A stretch of 64,000 nucleotides of DNA, from the NCBI GenBank assembly GCA_016196625.1, contig JACPXH010000024.1:1206-65205 (forward strand). The letters are read 5' to 3'. The notes below the pieces were generated by a model that saw only the letters and a list, made by a program, of their open reading frames with translations, was not told the DNA's origin and did no database searches. The translations under genes and the position numbers were made by a program. Positions 55,287-64,000 of this stretch are shown piece by piece. Positions within the stretch are counted from its first letter, which is position 1; every line of letters begins with the position of its first letter. Source of the stretch: Candidatus Parcubacteria bacterium. GTDB taxonomy: Bacteria > Patescibacteriota > Minisyncoccia > JACPXH01.

Positions 55287-56690
55287 ATGCCCATGACTCG
55301 CCTTGATTCCATCCTTAAAACCGCGAAACACTTCATTCCTGCGCCACTGTTCCAGTGGCTCGCGCCTCCCTACCACCGCTTCCTCGCGTGGCTTGCGGCA
55401 GTTTGGTACCGTCAGCCCTCGCGTGAGCTCATCGTTATCGGCATTACCGGCACCAAGGGCAAATCTACGACGCTCTATCTGGCGGGCCGCATATTGGAAG
55501 TGGCTGGCCACAAGGTTGGTTGGTCGTCTTCGCTCTCGCTTAAAATAGGCGCGCGTGAGTGGTTGAACCCGTACCACATGACCATGCCGGGGCGTTTCAA
55601 ACTGCAGCGTCTTTTGCGCGAGATGGTGGATGCCGGCTGCGCATACGCGCTTATTGAGGTTACCTCAGAAGCAATCAGGCAGTTCCGGCATCGGCACATT
55701 TGGTTTGATGCGGCGGTCTTCACGAATCTTGCCCCAGAGCACCTCGAAGCGCACGGCAGCTACGAGGCTTACCGGCAGGCGAAGATGGAACTGTTTCGGG
55801 CGGTGGCACATAGGCCCGATAAGGTGCTCGCTCAAGGAGTGCGCGAGCCCACCTGGCTCGTGGTGAATTTCGATGACCCCGAAGCTCCGGCCTTCCTCAA
55901 TTACAATGTTGATATCAAATCGGCGTTTCGGATCATGGACGCAAAGTTTCGGCCGCCGGACGCGCCTAATATATTGCCCCTCAAGGTCTGTTTTCTTGAT
56001 GCCATTGACGTAACGGTCGGGCCGCAAGGCAGCGCGTTTCGGATTATGGAAAACGACGTCGAGGTGCGTACTCCGCTCGTTGGCGTTTTTAACGTCGCGA
56101 ACATCATGGCTGCCATTGGCACCGTGCTGGGGCAGCCCGGCGTGTCGTGGGAGATCATCAAAAATGTCGTGGCCGAAACGAAAGTCATTCCCGGGCGCAT
56201 GGAGGAAGTGGCTGCGGGCCAGCTCTTCCGGGTCATCGTGGATCTTGCCCATACCCCCGGTTCTTTTCGCGCAGTTTTTGAAGCAGTGCGGGCGACCGTA
56301 CGGGCCGGAGAGCGAATTATCGCCGTCTTCGGTTCGGCCGGCGGGGGACGCGACAAGTGGAAGCGGCCGGAGTTGGGCAAGATCGCCGCCCAGTACGTTG
56401 ACGAAATAATTCTCACCAACGAAGATCCGTACGACGAGGATCCGCAGCAGATTTTGGCTGCGATCGCAGAGGGCGCTTTGGCCGTTAAACCCGACGCGAA
56501 CCCTGAGGTAATTGAAGATCGGCGCGAGGCGATCCGGGCAGCGTTCAAGCGCGCGCGTGCGTACGACACCGTACTGCTGCTTGGTAAGGGCACGGAGCAG
56601 ACGATGGTTTTAAGAGGCGGCTCGATTCCGTGGGACGATCGCACCGTTTCCCGTGAAGAGCTGGAAAAGTTGGGGTACCGCGCGCCATGA
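55287..56690 (+). CDS. Mur ligase family protein (MurE-like; lacks the canonical N-terminal UDP-binding domain).
   Basis: P-loop IGITGTKGKSTT, central and C-terminal Mur ligase domains (LLLGKGTEQ...DDR). Confidence 0.65.
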   Translation: MPMTRLDSILKTAKHFIPAPLFQWLAPPYHRFLAWLAAVWYRQPSRELIVIGITGTKGKSTTLYLAGRILEVAGHKVGWSSSLSLKIGAREWLNPYHMTMPGRFKLQRLLREMVDAGCAYALIEVTSEAIRQFRHRHIWFDAAVFTNLAPEHLEAHGSYEAYRQAKMELFRAVAHRPDKVLAQGVREPTWLVVNFDDPEAPAFLNYNVDIKSAFRIMDAKFRPPDAPNILPLKVCFLDAIDVTVGPQGSAFRIMENDVEVRTPLVGVFNVANIMAAIGTVLGQPGVSWEIIKNVVAETKVIPGRMEEVAAGQLFRVIVDLAHTPGSFRAVFEAVRATVRAGERIIAVFGSAGGGRDKWKRPELGKIAAQYVDEIILTNEDPYDEDPQQILAAIAEGALAVKPDANPEVIEDRREAIRAAFKRARAYDTVLLLGKGTEQTMVLRGGSIPWDDRTVSREELEKLGYRAP

Positions 56691-57109
56691 GTCGGCGTCA
56701 GAAAAAGTTTGAACTCTTGCCTCATACCGCCGACCTTCGCATGAGGGTTCATGGCCGCACGCTGGAAGATCTTTTTCAGAATGCCCTCGTTGGTTTTGCG
56801 GCAATCGTGGGGAAAGGGATCGAGCGCGGTACAGCGGCCGTACCCCAAGAGGCGCGCCTCGAAGCTGACTCGACCGCAAATCTTCTCGTCGAGTTCCTCA
56901 ATGAGGCACTCTACTTCATGAACGTCAACAAAGCCGTGTACGATCGCGCGGTGTTCACGGAGTTTTCAGAGACGGCGCTGCATGGCATACTGCGTGGCCA
57001 GACGGTTGACGGTTTTGCCGAAGACGTGAAAGCGGTTACCTACCACGGCGCCGAGATTCTGGGGGATGCAACGGGCAATTTTATAGTTGAGTTGGTGTTC
57101 GATGTTTGA
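56687..57109 (+). CDS. Archease (RtcB activator).
   Basis: N-terminal FELLPHTADLRMRVHG and C-terminal VKAVTYHGAEI signatures; ATGA coupling to the Mur ligase gene. Confidence 0.7.
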   Translation: MSRRQKKFELLPHTADLRMRVHGRTLEDLFQNALVGFAAIVGKGIERGTAAVPQEARLEADSTANLLVEFLNEALYFMNVNKAVYDRAVFTEFSETALHGILRGQTVDGFAEDVKAVTYHGAEILGDATGNFIVELVFDV

Positions 57110-57130
57110 TCTTTCAGAAAGGAGGGTGAG

Positions 57131-57463
57131 ATGCCGCGGCGGACAAGAGACCGGCGGAGCAAGGGCATGTGGAGCGAATGGTTCCCGTGCACTGACGGCA
57201 ACCGTGTACGGTTCATGAAGCGGGGAGACGGAATATTCCTCGAACGCGGGGACGGCGAGCGAGCGACCATGCGGGACCGCGACTACGCTGTCCTCATGGC
57301 TGCGATTGGCATCTCCTGCGGTGCGTGCAGCCAGGGTACCGCCGGCGCTATCAGCTTTGCGAACCTCAGCGAGCCCGTCGTCATCTGCGCTAGGTGTTCG
57401 GCGCGGTACGGCGTGCGCGCTGGCAAATTCGAGCGGCGGTTTGCGCCAGGCGAGTCTCATTGA
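57131..57463 (+). CDS. Small Cys-rich, Zn-ribbon-like protein (CTDGNRVRF...CGACSQG...CARCSARYG) between the archease and rtcB genes.
   Basis: ORF track; SD AGGAGGG upstream. Confidence 0.35.
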   Translation: MPRRTRDRRSKGMWSEWFPCTDGNRVRFMKRGDGIFLERGDGERATMRDRDYAVLMAAIGISCGACSQGTAGAISFANLSEPVVICARCSARYGVRAGKFERRFAPGESH

Positions 57464-57528
57464 TACGGGGGCGGTATCCCGCCCCCGTCCTCTTTCATTA
57501 ACGAGAGATTTTCTGCCATAATTCGGGC

Positions 57529-58959
57529 ATGCAGCGATCCGACCTCGAGCGTATTGCCGACTATCTTTGGGAAATTCCCCAGACCTTCCGGCGAGACATG
57601 CGCGTGCCGGCGAGGGTGTATGCGTCTGAAAAAATGCTTGACGACATCCTTACGGACAAGGCCCTCGAGCAGGCGGTGAATGTGACGACTTTGCCCGGCA
57701 TACAAAAGTATTCGTTAGCCATGCCCGACATTCACTGGGGCTACGGGTTTCCGGTAGGAGGTATTGCTGCGACCGAATATCCGGACGGCGTGATTTCGCC
57801 CGGCGGTATAGGTTTTGACATCAACTGCGGAGTGCGGTTGCTCGCGTCGGGAAAAACATTCGGCGAGATGCAGGCCTATCTAGAAGATCTCGCGAGCGCA
57901 ATTTACAGCGAGGTGCCCTCGGGCGTGGGCCGGTCTGGCCGGCTTACGCTCAAAGACCCAGAGCTCGATCGCGTGCTGGCCGAGGGTGCGCGGCGCATGG
58001 TTGAGCTTGGCTACGGCGAGCCAGAGGATTTGCAGTTTCAAGAGGCAGGTGGCCGTCTCGAACACGCTGATCCCGAGCAAGTCTCGCCACACGCCAAAAA
58101 CCGCGGCCGCGATCAGCTCGGCACCATGGGCGCCGGCAATCATTTCGTGGAGGTCGAGAGGGTTGACCGGATTTACGATGAGGCAAGCGCGCAGGCCCTC
58201 GGTCTTTGGCCGGGTCAGGTTACGACTTTGATTCATACCGGCTCGCGCGGCTTGGGCCATCAGATTGCCACTGACTTCATCAAAACCATGCTGCGCAAGA
58301 TGCGCGAGTATGGCATTGAGCTTCCCGATCCGCAGTTGGCGGCGGTGCCGTTGTCCAAACCAGAAGGCGGGCGATATTTTGCCGCCATGGCCGCGGCAGC
58401 AAATTTCGCTTGGGCCAACCGTCAGTTGATTACGTGGCAGGTGCGCAAGGCTTGGCAAAATGTTTTAGGGGTAGGCGGCGGCCGGCTGCGCGTGGTCTAT
58501 GACGTGGCTCACAACATTGCTAAACGCGAGACCTACGACGGCAAAGACGTGCTTGTGCACCGGAAGGGTGCCACGCGCGCGTTCGGTCCCGGCCACCCCG
58601 AAGTTCCCGATGCCTATCGCACGGTTGGCCAGCCCGTGTTGATTCCCGGTTCGATGGGCACAGCTTCCTACGTGCTCGTGGGCACAACCAGAACCATGAT
58701 CGAGACTTTCGGGAGCACGTGCCATGGTGCGGGCCGGCGCATGTCTCGGACTGCGGCGAAAAGACAGGTGCGTGGCCCGGAATTGAGGGATGCGCTTGCC
58801 AAGCAGGGAATTGCGGTGCGCGCCGGTTCGCTCTCCGGCCTGGCGGAAGAGGCCCCGATCGCCTACAAGGACGTTGATGCGGTGGTGGAGGTGGTTGATG
58901 CAGCCGGGATTGCCAAGCGCGTCGCACGGCTCGTGCCCGTCGCCGTGATAAAAGGATGA
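57529..58959 (+). CDS. rtcB: RNA-splicing ligase RtcB (3'-phosphate/5'-hydroxyl RNA ligase).
   Basis: Conserved metal and GTP-binding motifs: DINCGVRL, GAGNHF, HTGSRGLGHQ, the HNIA-type His and the C-terminal CHGAGR. Confidence 0.9.
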   Translation: MQRSDLERIADYLWEIPQTFRRDMRVPARVYASEKMLDDILTDKALEQAVNVTTLPGIQKYSLAMPDIHWGYGFPVGGIAATEYPDGVISPGGIGFDINCGVRLLASGKTFGEMQAYLEDLASAIYSEVPSGVGRSGRLTLKDPELDRVLAEGARRMVELGYGEPEDLQFQEAGGRLEHADPEQVSPHAKNRGRDQLGTMGAGNHFVEVERVDRIYDEASAQALGLWPGQVTTLIHTGSRGLGHQIATDFIKTMLRKMREYGIELPDPQLAAVPLSKPEGGRYFAAMAAAANFAWANRQLITWQVRKAWQNVLGVGGGRLRVVYDVAHNIAKRETYDGKDVLVHRKGATRAFGPGHPEVPDAYRTVGQPVLIPGSMGTASYVLVGTTRTMIETFGSTCHGAGRRMSRTAAKRQVRGPELRDALAKQGIAVRAGSLSGLAEEAPIAYKDVDAVVEVVDAAGIAKRVARLVPVAVIKG

Positions 58960-59144
58960 GCCGTCGCGCCCGCCGTTCTATGGTTGCGGGGCGTCGTCGG
59001 AAACGTCCCCCGCGGAGCCTCGCAAAATTCTTCCGGCGCGAGAAAGCCCGTCTGCGGCGCATGCATTCCAATTTCGCCGACGCTGAAGAAAAAATTCACG
59101 TTTTGGTGCAGCAGCGTTGGCCAGCGCAACAGGATCGTCCATGA
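58956..59144 (+). CDS. Candidate 62-aa Arg-rich basic protein, translationally coupled at both ends (ATGA).
   Basis: ORF track; composition only. Confidence 0.25.
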   Translation: MSRRARRSMVAGRRRKRPPRSLAKFFRREKARLRRMHSNFADAEEKIHVLVQQRWPAQQDRP

Positions 59145-60505
59145 CACTTACTTTCTGCGGCGGAGCACGAGCGGTAACCGGTGCTAACTATCTAATCGCG
59201 GTCGACGGCGAGCAGATACTCGTTGACTGCGGACTTACGCAGGGGACGAGCTTTGCCGAAGCCAAAAACTTCGAACCCTTCGGCTATGATCCCGCCTCGA
59301 TTCGGGCGTTACTTCTCACCCATGCCCATGCGGATCACGTGGGGCGTGTGCCTAAGCTCGTGCGGGAGGGGTTTCGTGGAAAAGTTTTTGCCACCCCGCC
59401 CACCATTGAGCTTGCCCGGCTCATCTTGGAAGATTCCCAGCAGGTGATGGCCAAGGAAGCAGAACTGACTGGTGGCCCGGTTCTCTACCAGCTGGCAGAC
59501 GTTAAGGCCGTCGAGCCATTGTGGCGCGCCGTTGACTATCACGAGCGCATAGAAGTGGCGCCGGGGGTGGCAGCAATGTTTCGAGATGCCGGGCACATGC
59601 TGGGGGCAGCTTCGATTGCGCTCTACGTTGCCGAAGGGCGCGGCACGACCACGCTTGTATTTTCCGGGGATCTCGGCAATGCGCCAACGCCGATCCTGCG
59701 CGCGCCCGAGCGCATCTCCAGCGCCGATTGGTTGGTGGTTGAGTCCGTCTACGGCGATCGGCGCCACGAAGATCGGGAGAACCGCCGCGCTAAACTTCTC
59801 AAGATTGTTCGAAGTACCATCGAGCGACGCGGCGTGCTCATGATCCCGGTCTTTGCCGTTGAGCGCACGCAAGAACTCCTGTTCGAACTCAACGATTTCG
59901 TCGAAGGTGGGCACATTCAGCGTGTGCCCATGTTTCTGGATTCTCCCCTGGCCATCCGCGCCACTGAGGTGTACCGAAAGTACCCCCAGTATTTCAACCG
60001 CTCGGCCGGAGCGCTCGTGGCCTCGGGCGACGACCTCTTTCGGTTTCCGGGTCTCGTGTTCACTGAAACCAAAGAGGCATCGATCAGGATTAACGATGTG
60101 CCTGCGCCCAAGATCATCTTGGCCGGCTCTGGCATGACCCAAGGTGGCCGGATTCACCACCACTTGATTCGCTATCTGCCTGATCCCAAAAGTACGTTTC
60201 TCTCCGTCGGCTACCACGTGGCCGGATCCATCGGCCGCCGGCTCTTGGAGGGCGAAACCGAGCTTGAACTGCGCGGTGAGCGCATTCCGGTGGCGGCACG
60301 CGTTGAGGCTATAGGCGGCTACTCGGGGCACGCGGATCGGGCTGCGCTTTGTGATTGGGTTCGGCCCATGGCAGCCACAGTGCGCCAGATCTTTGTCGTG
60401 CAGGGCGAAGTGCACGCGAGCGAAGCACTCGCGCAGTCTTTGCAGACAGAACTTCGGGTTGCTGCTGTTGTGCCGGCGTCGGGCGAGACCGTGGAGCTTG
60501 GGTAG
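59141..60505 (+). CDS. MBL-fold beta-CASP family RNA-metabolising hydrolase (CPSF-like).
   Basis: HxHxDH motif LLLTHAHADHVGR and beta-CASP motifs; start set at the ATG 59141. Confidence 0.65.
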   Translation: MTLTFCGGARAVTGANYLIAVDGEQILVDCGLTQGTSFAEAKNFEPFGYDPASIRALLLTHAHADHVGRVPKLVREGFRGKVFATPPTIELARLILEDSQQVMAKEAELTGGPVLYQLADVKAVEPLWRAVDYHERIEVAPGVAAMFRDAGHMLGAASIALYVAEGRGTTTLVFSGDLGNAPTPILRAPERISSADWLVVESVYGDRRHEDRENRRAKLLKIVRSTIERRGVLMIPVFAVERTQELLFELNDFVEGGHIQRVPMFLDSPLAIRATEVYRKYPQYFNRSAGALVASGDDLFRFPGLVFTETKEASIRINDVPAPKIILAGSGMTQGGRIHHHLIRYLPDPKSTFLSVGYHVAGSIGRRLLEGETELELRGERIPVAARVEAIGGYSGHADRAALCDWVRPMAATVRQIFVVQGEVHASEALAQSLQTELRVAAVVPASGETVELG

Positions 60506-60535
60506 CCGGACTTCATATGGTAGACTGAGGCCGTT

Positions 60536-61150
60536 ATGGCGCATCTTGCACCGCACCGTGATCCCGCCGAGTCGCTTGCCGAGCGCCAGCCATACATGCG
60601 TTATAAGATTTGCGTCTCCGGAGCAGCGGAAACTGAGCTCTGTTCGAAAAATGCGCTTGAGCTTGCGCGTGAGGTGGGGCGCGAGATTGTCCGACAAAAA
60701 GGCGTGCTAATCACTGGCGCCACCACCGGCATTCCCTACTGGGCTGCCATCGGAGCCAAGGAGGAGGGCGGCCTTTCCATCGGGCTTTCACCGGCTGCCA
60801 CCGAGCTTGCGCACGTGCGTACGTACCGGCTGCCCACGAACTATTTTGACGTAATAATCTATACCGGTTTTGACTATTCGGGTCGCAACCTGTTGCTCAC
60901 CCGTTCGTCCGATGCCATCATTTCGATCTGTGGTCGGATGGGCAGCCTAAACGAATTTACGATCGCGTTCGAAGATAAAAAGCCGATTGGCGTTCTCGTG
61001 GGCTCCGGCGGCATGGCCGATATGCTCAAAGAGATTGTGGCGAAAGCCCACCGCGGGCCCGGCAAAATCGTCTACGACCCGTCTCCCAAGGAACTCGTCG
61101 CCAAGGTGATCCGGCTCATTGATGCGGAGCGCACGGGGATTGACGGGTGA
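60536..61150 (+). CDS. Rossmann-fold nucleotide-binding protein, LOG/DprA-like (SLOG/TIGR00725-like).
   Basis: GGxxGxM-type pattern VLITGATTGIPYWAAIGA...GRMGSLNEF. Confidence 0.4.
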   Translation: MAHLAPHRDPAESLAERQPYMRYKICVSGAAETELCSKNALELAREVGREIVRQKGVLITGATTGIPYWAAIGAKEEGGLSIGLSPAATELAHVRTYRLPTNYFDVIIYTGFDYSGRNLLLTRSSDAIISICGRMGSLNEFTIAFEDKKPIGVLVGSGGMADMLKEIVAKAHRGPGKIVYDPSPKELVAKVIRLIDAERTGIDG

Positions 61151-61189
61151 GTTCGCCCTCTTTGACGCCGTTATCATTAACCATCACCT

Positions 61190-61444
61190 ATGGACGAAAA
61201 GCCCATCGGTAAGGTCACGCATTTTTATTCGAAGCTCGGCGTGGCGATCATCAAACTTGCCGCCCCGCTGGCTGTGGGCGAGACCATTCACGCCCAGGGG
61301 GCCACGACGGATTTTACCCAGACGGTGGAATCCATGCAGATTGAGCATGAGTCCGTCCAGAAAGCGGGCAAGGGCGACGTCGTCGGGATCAAGGTCGCAG
61401 ACAAGGTCCGCGAGCACGATCTCGTGACCAAAGTTGAGGGGTAG
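61190..61444 (+). CDS. Small beta-barrel protein resembling an EF-Tu domain-2-like fold (84 aa).
   Basis: ORF track; weak similarity pattern only. Confidence 0.3.
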   Translation: MDEKPIGKVTHFYSKLGVAIIKLAAPLAVGETIHAQGATTDFTQTVESMQIEHESVQKAGKGDVVGIKVADKVREHDLVTKVEG

Positions 61445-62564
61445 GCAGGCACGTCCGGTTGCCGCGCTGGCAGCGATCATCGGCACCATCATCGGTGTTG
61501 GGATGTTCGGCATTCCGTATGCCGTAGCCCGGGTCGGATTTTGGCCAGGACTCCTGATGCTGGGCGTGACGACGGCAGTTACGCTTTATTTGCATGTGGC
61601 TTTCGGAGAGGTCGTGGCGGCTGCGCCCTCGACCGAGAGACTGGGTGGGTATACGCGCCGATTCCTCGGTCAGTGGGCTGAACGCCTCGCTAACTTCGTG
61701 GCCATAGCCGGAAGGGTGGGGGCGCTCCTGGCGTATCTTGTCGTTGGCTCCGCTTTTACCGCCACGCTCCTTGCGCCTTGGATTGAGACGGCGCGCGGGG
61801 CCGGGTTCCCGGTATTTTTCATCATCGGAGCGCTCGGCGTGTGGCTCGGGATTCGGCTCGTGGGCGGTCTTGAGGTGCCGCTCGTGTTTTTATTGGTCGC
61901 CGGGGTCGCAGCACTGGGGTGGCTCGCGCACCCCTACGTGCGTCTCGAGCACCTTGCGGGTGCGCGGCTCGGCGAACTGCCGATTCTCTACGGCGTTCTT
62001 CTGTTTGCGCTGGGCGGAATTCCGGCGATCCCGGAAGTGCAGAGCCTCGTCGCAGATCGGGCGACGTACCGGCGGATCCTCGCGTGGGGTACGATCGTGC
62101 CGGCGGTCGTCTACGCCTTTTTTGCCTTTGTGGTCGTCGGCGTGAACGGGTCGGCCACGAGCCTCGAGGCTGTTAGTGGGCTCGCGAGCGCCCTCGGCCC
62201 GGTTGCGGCATTCATTGGCGCGGGCGTGGGGTTCCTTGCGGTACTCACGTCGTTTTTCGTGATCGGCCTTAACCTCGCGCACATCCTTGAGTACGATTGG
62301 GGTTGGTCGAGATCGGTAAGCCGTCTTGCGACACTGGGAACGCCGGTGGTACTGTTCGGCTTGGGGCTCAATGATTTTATTCGGATTATAGGCGTGCTGG
62401 GCGCCGTGCTGGGAGCGGCCGAGGGCATCCTTGTACTTATGCTCTTCGAGCGCTGGCGCGGGCGCCGGAGTGTTGCACTGCTCGGCGTGCGCACGCGGTG
62501 GACGAGTTTTGCGGTTGCCTTTATGCTTGTAGCCGGCGCGGTCTGGTACGTCGTCGGGGTGTAG
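61434..62564 (+). CDS. Polytopic membrane transporter (amino-acid permease-like, about 11 TM helices).
   Basis: TTG start; N-terminal IGTIIGVGMFGIPYAV, typical of APC/aromatic amino-acid permease-like families. Confidence 0.45.
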   Translation: MRGRQARPVAALAAIIGTIIGVGMFGIPYAVARVGFWPGLLMLGVTTAVTLYLHVAFGEVVAAAPSTERLGGYTRRFLGQWAERLANFVAIAGRVGALLAYLVVGSAFTATLLAPWIETARGAGFPVFFIIGALGVWLGIRLVGGLEVPLVFLLVAGVAALGWLAHPYVRLEHLAGARLGELPILYGVLLFALGGIPAIPEVQSLVADRATYRRILAWGTIVPAVVYAFFAFVVVGVNGSATSLEAVSGLASALGPVAAFIGAGVGFLAVLTSFFVIGLNLAHILEYDWGWSRSVSRLATLGTPVVLFGLGLNDFIRIIGVLGAVLGAAEGILVLMLFERWRGRRSVALLGVRTRWTSFAVAFMLVAGAVWYVVGV

Positions 62565-62584
62565 GAATTTAACGCGTTGTTTAC

Positions 62585-62722
62585 ATCAAGCGGGGCAGGC
62601 TCGAGGGGCTTCTGAGGCCGAGCGGGCATGGTGGTCCGACCGCGGTCGGACCGAGCGAGGCCAAGGAGCAGCGAAAATCCTCGCTGGGGATTTTCGCGTA
62701 GCGAGAGCCTGTCCCGCTTGAT
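62585..62722. repeat. GC-rich nested-hairpin element. An outer 18-bp inverted repeat with 1 mismatch (ATCAAGCGGGGCAGGCTC...GAGCCTGTCCCGCTTGAT) encloses GGTCCGACC-GC-GGTCGGACC (62633-62652) and GCGAAAATCC-TCGCTGG-GGATTTTCGC (62671-62697). Contains the AGGCCGAGCGGGCA core.
   Basis: Read directly; shares the core and GAGCGAGGCC with the element at 53146-53285. Confidence 0.5.
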
Positions 62723-62806
62723 TTCAGATCGTGTCATGTCTGTTTTATGTCAACAACGCGATGATTTCTTACACGTCTGGGTCTTTGCCCCGTAGCAAGG
62801 CGAGAC

Positions 62807-64000
62807 ATGGAGAAAGATACCGTCAGGGGGTGGGGCGTTCTCTTCAGCGCCCTCCTCTTATTTCTCATTCCGCTTGGCACGCGCCGGGTTATTGCGGACC
62901 TTGGCAGCGCAGGCGATTTTTCGCGCCTTATTGTTTCGGCGATTGAGGTCCTCGGGCTCGCATTCGTGGCGTGGTGGTTATGGGCGCGTCAGCGTCTTGC
63001 GCCCGCGAACTTTCCAATTGGCTGGGCCGTGGTCTTTTTGGCAATGGCGTTGGCCTCGGCGCTGGCGGGTGTTTCGCGCGCGCTCGCGCTCGCGTCGTGG
63101 GTTGAGCTTGCGATTGCAGTTGGCGTTGCAGCAGCATTGACGCAGATCGGTGCAAGCTCCCGCAGGTGGCTTACCGTCGTTGCCTGGACGTTCGTGCTCG
63201 GTGGCGTGCTCCAGGCCGCGGTTGCACTCGGTCAGTTTACGCTTCAGCACGACCTCGGGCTGCAGATTCTTGGCGAGAGCCGCATTGCGCCGGATATTGC
63301 TGGCGTGGCGAAGCTTGATACCGCGGCCGGAAAGATCGTGCGCGCCTACGGCACGTTTCCGCATCCGAATCTTCTGGCAGCCTACCTCGGCGTGGCAATC
63401 CTTGCGTGGTGGTGGCTGTGGGTTCGGCGTTCTGAGTCTCCGGCGGGTTTGCGCGACGCAGCACTTCTTGGCGTTGGTGCACTATTGCTCGCTGGGTTTG
63501 CAGTTACTTTTTCCCGGCTTAGTTTAGTCGCTCTAGTGACGGGACTTGCCATGGTATCATGGCGGGTTTGGGTTGTGCCGGGGTTGCGCCGGCGCTTCGG
63601 CCGGCAGGCTCGGCTTGGCGCGCTTTTCGTTATCGGTTGCGGTCTGGGACTTTTGTTTTTCCTGCCGCAATGGTCGTCGCGTATCGCTATTGATGGCGGA
63701 GAGCAAGCAGTGGCGCTTCGGCTTGAGTATGTTCGCAGCGCTTGGCATATAATTGCTGACAGGCCGTTTTTTGGCGTGGGGCCCGGGGTATTTGTCCAAG
63801 CGCTCCCGCGCTACGCGCCGGAGCTGACCGAATCATGGCAGCGTCAGCCGGTGCACAATCTGTGGCTCCTTATGCTCGTAGAACTGGGCGTGGTCGGATT
63901 CGTTGCGTTCATCGTGTTCATATGGCGGCTGCTCCGGCCACTGTCCATACGGGCAGAAAGCGGGGAGCACGCGCTCGCGAAAGCGCTCGCGGTCGGCTGG
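62807..64000 (+). CDS. O-antigen ligase/Wzy-like polytopic membrane protein. Partial: it continues beyond the window.
   Basis: Manual ORF with no stop in window; FGVGPGVF-type Wzy_C motif; multi-TM. Confidence 0.5.
   Translation, partial: MEKDTVRGWGVLFSALLLFLIPLGTRRVIADLGSAGDFSRLIVSAIEVLGLAFVAWWLWARQRLAPANFPIGWAVVFLAMALASALAGVSRALALASWVELAIAVGVAAALTQIGASSRRWLTVVAWTFVLGGVLQAAVALGQFTLQHDLGLQILGESRIAPDIAGVAKLDTAAGKIVRAYGTFPHPNLLAAYLGVAILAWWWLWVRRSESPAGLRDAALLGVGALLLAGFAVTFSRLSLVALVTGLAMVSWRVWVVPGLRRRFGRQARLGALFVIGCGLGLLFFLPQWSSRIAIDGGEQAVALRLEYVRSAWHIIADRPFFGVGPGVFVQALPRYAPELTESWQRQPVHNLWLLMLVELGVVGFVAFIVFIWRLLRPLSIRAESGEHALAKALAVGW

Noticed and set aside
1-64000. Scan for tRNA, rRNA and 4.5S genes.
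   Set aside because: No T-loop/acceptor-stem combinations (GGTTCGAATCC-like plus 7-bp acceptor) and no rRNA-like conserved stretches were found by eye. A tRNAscan/Infernal run is needed to be definitive.

Overview
This is a high-GC (roughly 60-65% by eye) bacterial chromosomal segment. Its gene content and compaction point to a Patescibacteria/CPR-like lineage, though this is inference only: many 4-nt start/stop overlaps, an rpmH-rnpA-yidD-yidC-jag | oriC | dnaA-dnaN arrangement, lamin-tail-domain surface proteins, a solitary FabH and an archease-RtcB pair. The window holds six main blocks. (1) Positions 130-11833 are an 11.8-kb plus-strand operon of secreted and membrane proteins that looks like a minimal Gram-positive-type type IV secretion (T4SS)-like system: a VirB6/TrbL-like polytopic protein, a small two-TM PrgI/VirB3-like protein, a VirB4-family ATPase split over two ORFs, and a VirB2/TrbC-like pilin with a Cys-rich extension, together with large secreted proteins. 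(2) A minus-strand operon runs from rpmH/rnpA/yidD/yidC/jag into Wzx/Wzy-like polysaccharide genes and overlaps the T4SS operon convergently at a shared CTAG. (3) The origin region carries DnaA-box-like 9-mers upstream of dnaA and an AT-rich stretch between dnaA and dnaN. (4) Housekeeping genes present are a class A PBP, tyrS, fabH, ruvC/yebC, ruvB, pilB/gspE, nrnA-like, tsaE, polA, mutM, holA, rpsT, ruvA, FemAB, a Mur ligase, an archease-RtcB RNA-repair cluster and a beta-CASP nuclease. (5) uvrB is interrupted at its Walker A motif by a 541-aa intein that carries LAGLIDADG blocks and an Xre-type HTH. (6) Three intergenic repeat families are present: arrays of NNCAAAN heptamers in inverted halves, 100-120 bp MITE-like elements with ACCCCGTTAGAAAAC terminal inverted repeats, and GC-rich nested-hairpin elements that share an AGGCCGAGCGGGCA core. 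No rRNA, tRNA or CRISPR was found. Family assignments come from motif recognition, not database searches.
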